DNA of 64,000 nt. Origin: Eledone cirrhosa (taxonomy: Eukaryota). Positions 52,662 to 61,785 of the stretch are shown here, piece after piece (position 1 is the first letter of the stretch; each line of letters begins with the position of its first letter). A program made the translations under genes and the position numbers. The DNA lies in NCBI GenBank assembly GCA_964016885.1, contig OZ024748.1:40610001-40674000 (forward strand), read 5' to 3'. The notes below the pieces were generated by a model. The model had not been told where the DNA came from. It worked only from the letters and a program-made list of their open reading frames with translations, and did no database searches.

Positions 52662-54867
52662 CGCGTCTCTCGGACAGGGAGGCGATTTCAGCCGCTGAGA
52701 TAGAGGACTGCTGAGCCAATGCGGCAAACGCAAATTCCCGGGTCTCGGTGGTCTTCCATACGAACTATATCTAGCTATGCCGGACTTGTTCCCCGATCTC
52801 CTCGAGGCGGTCTACTGCAACTGGCAACAGAACGGGAGAATTCCCTGTGCTGTGACCAAGGGCGTAGTCACGCTAGTGAGGAAGGACGAGAACAAGGGGG
52901 ACGATATAAATAATTTCAGGCCCATAACTCTGCTAAATACAGAGTTACAGATTTTGGCCAAGGTGCTAGCAAAGAGGTTGGCGCTTGTCGTGGGCACCTG
53001 GTGGGAGATGCGCAGACATGTGCTATCCTGTCCAGGTCCATCCACGACAACCTCCACCTCATGCGATACATCATAGAGAGGGTTGGGAACGAACCCGGCT
53101 TTGGTGGGGCTCTGATCAACTTGGATCAATCTAAGGCGTTCGATAGGGTCGACCATGGTTACCTGGATACGGTGCTAGCGGCGGCAGGCTTCGGATCCGT
53201 TTTCAGGGGCTGGATCAATGCCATGCACAGCAGCCGCATCTGCTCTAGGGTCAAGGTGAACGGCTACCTCTCGGAGCCGTTCGAAATCGCGCGGTCCATC
53301 CGACAAGGGTGCCCTCTCTCCTCCCTTCTGTATGTAATGACTCTAGAGCCACTGCTGCGGAAGTTGGAGTTGTTGCAGGTCATCCCGTTGGAACCGGGGT
53401 TGCGGAAAGCGGCGTCGGCCTACGCCGACGACGTTACAGCAATGGTGTCGACGGCCTTGGAAATCGGGGCGATTGGCACCTTACTGGAGGAGTATGAAAG
53501 GTTTACAGGGGCTAAGCTGAACCGGGACAAGTCGATCGGTCTGCACCTCGGCACGTGGAGGGGCAAATCGATGCCCTCCGATGGCGGCGTCGGGCGCTGG
53601 ACGGAAGGCCCGGTGAAGTTGCTCGGGGTCTGGTTCGGACCAGACCTCCAGGTGGAGAAGAACTGGGGTGAGGTAACGAACAGGGTGTTTGCACTGACCC
53701 AGAAGTGGGCCGAGTACAAACTGTCCCTGAAAGGTCGGGCGGAGGTGGCGAACACTTATATAGCGTCCGTCATCTACTACCGCCTGACCGTTGTGCCTTG
53801 CCCAAGAGAAACGCTCGCCAAAATGGAGCGCGCACTCTTCCAATTCTTTTGGAATAAGCGGGCTCTTATGGTGAGGAGATCCATCTGCTGTCAACACCCT
53901 TCGAAAGGAGGGCTGGGGATGCCGTGGCTAATGATACGTAAACACGCATTAAGGCTACGGCACCTCCAGGTATTCCTCACCAGTCAACCGGTGTGGGCCC
54001 CGTTTGTGAGGCGAGCCTTTCCCAGACTCGTCTCACTCACCGAGCTGCAATCCTGGGTCAAGCAAAGACCGAGAAAACTGGGCGCCTGGCACACCGAGTG
54101 TGCCCAGGTGCTCACGGCTCTCTGGCAGGCGGACCCGGCTGTCAGTGGAGAATCCACCTCGTCATTCTATAGAGGGCTGGTGGTTAGCAGGTGCGACAAC
54201 GCCCTCGGAGAAGCCCTAGGCATGGAGGAAGACGAACTGGCCAACCTGTTCGGTAGGACATTCAGCCCGGGACCCATGGATAACTTCCAGAGGTCCCTGG
54301 CCTGGCAGTGCTACAGAAGGGCTCTGCCCGTTCGAGAAAGGCTCTACAGACACGGGCGCCCGGGTAGGGACCCCTCGAAAAAGATCTGTCCCAGATGCGT
54401 GTGCGACGAGGAAACCGTTGCATATGCATTGGTACACTGCTCGGGCATTGCCGATCTGTGGGGCTATGTCGAACAAATGCTGTCAAGGGTGGGACCGATC
54501 CGGTTGACCACCGAGTCTATTGTAACGATCAAGCCGCCTCCCCTCTTCAAAAACGAAGGAGAGGCGGTGTTTCTGTGTGTAATAGCCATGGTGAAAGAGG
54601 TTGTATGGTGGACGCATTTGAAAGGCTGAGGTCAGACACCTTTCTCTCTGGCCAACAACTGGTCCTTTTTTTCCGATACCATTTCGGAAGAAGGATCAGG
54701 ATGGAGAGAGAGGTGCTGCACCCCATCCAGTTTTATGAAAGGTGGGTGAAAGTGGCGAGAATGGCCCGTGTGAATGTTATTTGTTTTTTTTTACTCGTTC
54801 TTTTGTGTAAACTCCCCCCTTTGTATTTGTCCCCTTCTTTTGCGCCCTCGTGGCAATAAATAGAAAC
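52662..54867 (+). mobile_element. 5'-truncated Tx1 copy 3 with a deletion across the ORF2 stop and proximal 3' UTR
   Basis: Very similar to copy 2; frameshifts near 52996 and 54625; jumps from GCCCGTGTGAAT into the distal UTR. Confidence 0.95.
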
Positions 54868-54971
54868 ATATCTATCCATCTACCTGTCTGTCTGTCTGCC
54901 TGTCTATCTATCTATCTACCTATCTATCTGTGTCTGCCTGTCTGTCTGTCTGCCTACCTATCTATCTATCA

Positions 54972-55200
54972 CTCTTGCACGAAGGTCAGCAGATCGAGAG
55001 GCGTCATCAGACATAGAGCCTACCAGGTCCAATACAGCCCTCAATCGCTGGTGTTTCACTACCAACCCCGCTACATTATCCAAGGTGACGTTGAACCTCT
55101 GGAGATCTTCCTTAATCACGTCCAGCCATCTGGTGTGGGGCTGGTTACAGGGCTTCTGCCAGAAAAGTTCATATGCTGACCAAGATACTCTCATAGAATG
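54972..55200 (-). mobile_element. Possible 3' fragment of another RTE-like LINE
   Basis: Translation QPHTRWLDVIKEDL resembles the RTE C-terminal RP..RW.D.IKEDL motif. Confidence 0.45.
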
Positions 55201-55448
55201 ACCAAATGAGGTTCATTTTTTCAAGATAATCCCTGGAAAGAAACAATGCAGTTATTAATAAGATGAGTTGAAATTTATACATGCAAGATTTCACAACTCT
55301 AGCATCACTCCTTCATAGTCAGCCTATGACTTTTTCAGCTGAGCCTCATAGCTCAACGGGTGGCCCTATATTTTTCAGGTCTTCACTCCTATAAATATCA
55401 TGGTCCCCTTTATGTTGTTTATGAAATATTTCAACATATTTATTTCAG

Positions 55449-55492
55449 GGAATATAAAGCTGATATTTCACAGGAAGAGGGAACTAATTCAG
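55449..55492 (+). CDS. Putative upstream coding exon of the NWD-like gene (EYKADISQEEGTNS)
   Basis: TTTCAG acceptor, CAG|GTAAA donor; phase-1 end is compatible with the next exon; no homology support. Confidence 0.5.
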
Positions 55493-55507
55493 GTAAACCT
55501 TTACATA

Positions 55508-56950
55508 TTTATTTTCTCCTATAAACAGCCTCTTATTGTGACATCACTGTCTCAATCTTAATTCCTATATTTTCTCCTATAAACAGCCTCTTATTGTGAC
55601 ATCACTGTCTCAATCTTAATTCCTATATTTTCTCCTATAAACTGTCTCTTATTGTGACATCACTGTCTCAATCTTAATTCCTATATATTTCTCCTATAAA
55701 CAGCCTCTTATTGTGACATCACTGTCTCAATCTTAATTCCTATATTTTCTCCTATAAACAGCTTCTTATTGTGACATCACTGTCTCAATCTTAATTCCTA
55801 TATTTTCTCCTATAAACAGCCTCTTATTGTGACATCACTGTCTCAATCTTAATTCCTATATTTTCTCCTATAAACTGCCTCTTATTGTGACATCACTGTC
55901 TCAATCTTAATTCCTATATTTTCTCCTATAAACTGCCTCTTATTGTGACATCACTGTCTCAATCTTTATTCCTATATTTTCTCCTATAAACAGCCTCTTA
56001 TTGTGACATCACTGTCTCAATCTTAATTCCTATATTTTCTCCTATAAACTGCCTCTTATTGTGACATCACTGTCTCAATCTTAATTCCTATATTTTCTCC
56101 TATAAACAGCTTCTTATTGTGACATCACTGTCTCAATCTTAATTCCTATATTTTCTCCTATAAACAGCCTCTTATTGTGACATCACTGTCTCAATCTTAA
56201 TTCCTATATTTTCTCCTATAAACAGCTTCTTATTGTGACATCACTGTCTCAATCTTAATTCCTATATTTTCTCCTATAAACAGCTTCTTATTGTGACATC
56301 ACTGTCTCAATCTTAATTCCTATATTTTCTCCTATAAACAGCCTCTTATTGTGACATCACTGTCTCAATATTAATTCCTATATTTTCTCCTATAAACTGC
56401 CTCTTATTGTGACATCACTGTCTCAATCTTAATTCCTATATTTTCTACTATAAACAGCCTCTTATTGTGACATCACTGTCTCAATCTTAATTCCTATATT
56501 TTCTCCTATAAACTGCCTCTTATTGTGACATCACTGTCTCAATCTTAATTCCTATATTTTCTCCTATAAACAGCCTCTTATTGTGACATCACTGTCTCAA
56601 TCTTAATTCCTATATTTTCTCCTATAAACAGCCTCTTATTGTGACATCACTGTCTCAATCTTAATTCCTATATTTTCTCCTATAAACAGCCTCTTATTGT
56701 GACATCACTGTCTCAATCTTAATTCCTATATTTTCTCCTATAAACTGCCTCTTATTGTGACATCACTGTCTCAATCTTAATTCCTATATTTTCTCCTATA
56801 AACAGCCTCTTATTGTGACATCACTGTCTCAATCTTAATTCCTAAATTTTCTCCTATAAACTGCTCCTTATTGTGACATCACTGTCCCAATCATTTTTAC
56901 CTCTTTATTTCCTCCTATAAACTGCTCGTTAATGTGATGCCATTGTCTCA
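55508..56950. repeat. 58-bp minisatellite, ~25 units, probably intronic
   Basis: Unit TTTTCTCCTATAAACAGCCTCTTATTGTGACATCACTGTCTCAATCTTAATTCCTATA. Confidence 0.97.
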
Positions 56951-56957
56951 TAATTAG

Positions 56958-57077
56958 CAGAAGAAATTCCTCAAGTAGAAAAAACAGACTTGAAAAATCT
57001 ATTAAGTGGAAGACTTGACAATTTACCCAAATTACCAAGTTCCATAATTCGAGTATTTCTCAGTTCAACATTTAAAG
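56958..57077 (+). CDS. Exon of NACHT and WD40 domain protein (NWD1/NWD2-like), start of the DUF4062-like region
   Basis: Translates AEEIPQVEKTDLKNLLSGRLDNLPKLPSSIIRVFLSSTFK; AG acceptor (TAG/CAG tandem), G|GTAGG donor. Confidence 0.85.
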
Positions 57078-57117
57078 GTAGGAGTTTCTCATATTTAAAC
57101 ATATTTTAATTTCTAGC

Positions 57118-57232
57118 ATGTGTCTGAGTGGTTAGAGAATTGGATTCACAATTGTGAGGTTGTGAGTTTGATTCCCAAACTGGGCAATGTGGTATGTCCT
57201 TGAGCAAGACACTTTATTTCACATTGCTCCTT
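57118..57232 (+). mobile_element. SINE family B fragment
   Basis: GAGTGGTTAGAG..GTTGTGAGTTTGATTCCC..CCTTGAGCAAGACACTTTATTTCACATTGCTCC. Confidence 0.75.
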
Positions 57233-57467
57233 CTGCCTGGAGTAGTGACCGGTAGATAGTATCAGCAATGGAAAGACCAATGAAAACATTGTTTCTTTGG
57301 TCTAATTTGACGAGTTCCGCACAACTCGGTAACCAAACAAGTTCTGCCCAACTCGGTAACCAAATGAGGTCTGGGAACTTGTCAAGTGAAGTTTTTTTTT
57401 CAAAATATATTCTAATTCGAGCTGACTAGTGGAACATTTTTTTTATATATATATTTATATATATATA

Positions 57468-57984
57468 TGAGCAGTGGTACTCGGCGTTGCACGGGATAAG
57501 GTATTTTGGAATGCGGGCCGCCAACAGACCTAATTGTGGAAAAACTGCATGCCTGGACAATATGCAAAGAAAATAAACAGAATACTCTGATGGCTGGATA
57601 ATCTTTAAGATTTTCCTCGATGAAGCAGGAAAAATAGAGGTTTTCACCTAATGCGGGCCCTAGGCCATAACAAAGTTGGATTTTCTTTGCTCACGGTATG
57701 AAGAAGAGACTGACTAATACATAGTTACAATTTCAAGGAAATCGGTCTGACATAACGCTTCCAAAAACACCTAAAAAGCTGAAAAAACGCAGTTTTTCAC
57801 CTAATGTGGGTCCTAGGGGAACAAAAAGTTGAATTTTTCTATGTGCATAACACTCCCTGAAACATAAGTAATATACATGTAAAGTTTGAAAAAAATCGGT
57901 TGGGTACTTCTCGAGTTTTAGGGATTCAAATTCACAGACACAGACACACACACACACACACATCCTCAGTTTTATATATATAGA
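57468..57984 (-). mobile_element. Non-autonomous Helitron copy 1
   Basis: Minus strand begins TCTATATATATAAAA then (GT)/(GTCT)n; subterminal hairpin CCCGTGCAACGCCGAG; terminal CTAG degenerate. Confidence 0.75.
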
Positions 57985-58027
57985 TTATACTATTTTATAT
58001 TACATGATATTATATATATATTGGTAG

Positions 58028-58216
58028 AGGGCGGTGGATTGGCAGTATTGGTAGAGGGTCGGGGCCATGCTTTGACGTATAGAGTTACGGCACTTGCCAT
58101 TCTGAGTTCAAATCCCGCCGAGGTTAACTTTGCCTTTCATCCTTACGGGGTCGATAAAATAAAGTACCAGTAATACACTGGGTAATTGCTGGCCTTGTGC
58201 CTAAAGTAGAAACAAT
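58028..58216 (+). mobile_element. SINE family A
   Basis: Collinear with 42572-42755; within (ATTAT/ACTAT)n. Confidence 0.85.
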
Positions 58217-58397
58217 TATATTATATTATATATTACATTATATTATACTATATTTCACTATATTATATTATACTATATTATATTATACTATACTATACTA
58301 TACTATACTATACTATACTATATTACACTATATTACACTATATTATGTTATATTATATATTACATTACAATACATTATATTATACTATATTTCACTA

Positions 58398-58580
58398 TGG
58401 GATTGGCAATATCAGTAGAAGTTCGGATGCCATGCTTTGCAGCATAGAGTTACGCTCCTTTATGGTGTGAGTTAAATCCCGCCGAGGTTCATTTTGCCTT
58501 TCATCCTTACGGGGTCGATAAAATAAAGTACCAGTAATGTACTGGTGTAATTGCTGGCCTTGTGCCAATAGTAGAAACAA
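58398..58580 (+). mobile_element. SINE family A
   Basis: Collinear with 42572-42755. Confidence 0.85.
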
Positions 58581-58612
58581 TTATATTATACTACACTATA
58601 TTATATTATATA

Positions 58613-59518
58613 CTAGCAGTGGTACCCGGCGTTGCACGGGATAAGGTATTTTGGAAGGTGGGCCGCCAACAGACCTAATCATGGAAAAACTGCATGCCTG
58701 GACAATATGTAAAGAAAATAAACAATATGTAAAGAAAATAAACCGAATACTCTGATGGCTGGATAATCTTTAAGATTTTCCTCGATGAAGCAGGAAAAAT
58801 GCAGGTTTTCACCTAATGCGGGCCCTGGGGGATTATGTGCATAATATGCCTTGAAATTTCGGGAAAATCGACTAGAAAAAAAAAAGCCCTAAAAAGCTGA
58901 AAAAATGAAGTTTTTCACCTAATGTGGGCCCTAGGCCATAAAAAAGTTGGATTTTCTTTGCTCATGGTATGAAGAAGCGACTGACTAATACATAGTTACA
59001 ATTTCAAGGAAATCGGTCAGACGTAACGCCTCAAAAAAACCCTAAAAAGCTGAAAAAACGCAGTTTTTCACCTAATGCGGGCCCTAGGGGATCAAAAAAG
59101 TGGAATTTTTCTATGTGCATAACACTCCCTGAAACATAAGTAATACACATGTAAAGTTTGAAACAAATCGGTTGGGTACTTTTCGAGTTATAGGGATTCA
59201 AACTCACAGACACACACACACAGACATCCTCAGGTAAGTGACATAATGCAGACAGCCAGACATACAGACAGATATTATAAGGGCGCGACGTTATATGTAT
59301 GTATCTATCTAAAAAGAGAAAGACTAAGACTTATAGAGAGAGATCGCTAAATTGCCTAATGCGGTCCCTAGGGCATTGAAAATTAGAAATTGTTTATGCT
59401 CAGAACACTCCCTGAAACATAAGTATTACATGTGTAAAGTTTGAAAACAGTCGGTGGTTCTCGAGTTTTAGGGATTCAAACTCACACAGACAGACATCCT
59501 CAGTTTTATATATATAGA
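58613..59518 (-). mobile_element. Non-autonomous Helitron copy 2 (with duplicated 5' segment)
   Basis: 5' TCTATATATATAAAA, 3' hairpin CCCGTGCAACGCCGGG then CTAG|T; internal subrepeat TTTTCACCTAATGCGGGCCCT. Confidence 0.82.
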
Positions 59519-60270
59519 CTAGCAGTAAAGCCCGGCGTTGCTCGGGGTCGCTCAGTAGCTGTGTTAAAGTTACAATGTTAAGTTTCTTTTTTGGCTTAAA
59601 AACTGTAATGTCTACTGTGCAGACTTGCATGTGGTGTTTTTGATTAATATTCCCTCAACCAACAATATGCCTTATGAAGTTAAGAAAACATAACGATAAC
59701 CCGAATGTTATAACAAAAGAGGATGCTGGGGATAAAAACTGCACTGGTTATTTATTAACAAAGATCGAAAATGTAAACACTGCAACGCAGAGAAAAACAT
59801 TAGCGTAACCAAATTATCAGTTATGTCTGTCTGCACGCCTATATCACCTCTCTGCACGCCTGAAATATTTGCTTGTTTTACGTAGTCTTTAAATAGACTT
59901 GTTTTCAAGTAAAAATATTGTTTTAAAATGCTTTTAAATGGAAATGAAGCAAAACGGAAGTTTAGTGTTCGAACGTATTGTGTTAATGTCATTTTAAACG
60001 CTGAGAAAGCCAGCGTAATTTTTTACGTAAGACGCTCAATGTAAACAGAACAAAGGGAAATAACTGATAACTTACGCTCAAAAATCGATACATTATATTC
60101 GATTTCGTCACATAGGGTGGGTTAATTTGAAATTTTTTTTTTCCGATGTCTTCGCTAGGGCTCAATGTACAAGTATAGCAATTTCGGTGCAATTCCGTGA
60201 GAGATTCTAAGAGGAGATGTGTGCCAAAAATCGATAGACAGACAGACAACCACAGTTTTATATATATAGA
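59519..60270 (-). mobile_element. Non-autonomous Helitron, different internal sequence
   Basis: A|TCTATATATATAAAA start, (GTCT)n, hairpin CCCGAGCAACGCCGGG then CTAG. Confidence 0.82.
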
Positions 60271-60286
60271 TTACATTATATTATAT

Positions 60287-60510
60287 AAGGTGGTGGATTG
60301 GCAGTATCAGTAGAGGGTCGGACGCCATGCTTTGACGCATAGAGTTACGGCCCTTTTATGATCTGAGTTCAAATCCCGCCGAGGTTAACTTTGCCTTTCA
60401 TCCTTACGGGGTCGATAAAATAAAGTACCAGTCACGCACTGGGGTCAATTTTATCGACTTTCCCCTCCCCCCAAAATTGCTGGCCTTGTGCCTACCTATA
60501 TAAGAAACCA
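60287..60510 (+). mobile_element. SINE family A (long form)
   Basis: Head, B box GAGTTCAAATCCC, CACTGGGGTCAAT..CGACTTTCCCCTCCCCCCAAAATTGCTGGCCTTGTGCC. Confidence 0.85.
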
Positions 60511-60606
60511 TTATATTATACTATATTATTATATATCTTTAGAATTATATATACCCCCAAGGATCATTTTTATTTATTTAGTTTTGTTTATGTTTTATTT
60601 TTCTAG

Positions 60607-60809
60607 ACACTCAAATAGAAAGAAATGCTTTGATGTCCAATGTTTACCCCAAGATACGAGAGTATTGCTCCTCTGGAGGTCTTGACTTTCAGGTCATTGA
60701 TATGAGATGGGGAATTCCAGAGGCTAGCCAACTAGAATTTTCCACTAAAGACCTTTGTCTTGCTGAAATAGAGAACTGTCAACATTTATCAATGGGGCCA
60801 AATTTTGTG
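60607..60809 (+). CDS. Exon of NWD1/NWD2-like gene
   Basis: DTQIERNALMSNVYPKIREYCSSGGLDFQVIDMRWG...CLAEIENCQHLSMGPNFV; TTCTAG acceptor, GTAAGT donor; phase matches the previous exon. Confidence 0.92.
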
Positions 60810-60997
60810 GTAAGTCATTTTAACAAATTCTCTTGTAGTCAGTCATTTTTGTTGTTGTTGTTGTTGTTGTTGTTTAGCCTTTCACCACCACCACCCCCCT
60901 AATTGAGTAGGCCTATATGGTCAAATTTTTTCCTATCTATCTATCTAACCATCCATATATCTGCCAATCTAACCATCTAACCATCTATCTATCTATC

Positions 60998-61386
60998 CTC
61001 TTCTTTAAGTACCACTTCAGAAGGAAGGTGAGAGTGGAGAGAGAGAGGTGCTACACCCCAGTAAATTCACTGAAAGGTGGGTGAATGTGGCGAAAATGGC
61101 CCGAGTGAATGGGCCTTCTCTGTATATAAACCTGTAGGTTGAGGAAGACAAACAGAGAGAAGACGGGAACACCTACAAAACGTGTTTCTGGTGTTGAGGG
61201 TTGTTCTATCCACGGGGTGTAAAACAACCCTGCAGTAACGTTCCCCCCTATTGGGGATTTCAATTGTTATTTTATTATATATAGTTTATTGTTATTTGTT
61301 AATGTTAAAGTTATTTTTATGTAAAACCCCCGCTGTCACGTCTTGTAATGTCCCATTTTTGTACGCCCCTGTGGCAAATAAAGAAA
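60998..61386 (+). mobile_element. Short 3' fragment of a diverged Tx1 subfamily (copy 4), intronic
   Basis: Encodes LFFKYHFRRKVRVER..ERWVNVAKMARVNGPSLYINL; tail GCCCCTGTGGCAAATAAAGAAA; (TATC)n on both sides. Confidence 0.85.
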
Positions 61387-61482
61387 GATATCTATCTATA
61401 CATCTATCTGCCAATCTAACCATCCATCCATCTATCTATTTACCTAACTCTCCATCTATCTACCCAACCCTCTACATTTCAG

Positions 61483-61653
61483 GGGTTTATTGGTACTCGA
61501 TATGGCTACAGACCCTTACCTAATACAATTGGTGAACATCATTTCAAACACATCTTAATAGAAGGTAAAGTAATGGATTCCAATAGCATAGATTTACTCA
61601 AGAAATGGTACATCAAAGATGCTAACGCCGTTCCTCCTGTTTATATCCTTCAG
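61483..61653 (+). CDS. Exon of NWD1/NWD2-like gene
   Basis: GFIGTRYGYRPLP...LLKKWYIKDANAVPPVYILQ; TTTCAG acceptor, CAG|GTAGC donor; phase 0. Confidence 0.92.
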
Positions 61654-61785
61654 GTAGCTATTTAAACAAATTTCTCAAACAACACTTTCTCACTATTTTG
61701 TATTTTAAATAAATAATCACGATGAAGGAGTCAGGTAATGAGCTGCGTTGTTTTCACTAAATTGACATTAAGGCAAGGTCAATTA

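Noticed and set aside
57322-57366. Two-copy CAACTCGGTAACCAAA duplication
   Set aside because: Small local tandem duplication with no further structure.
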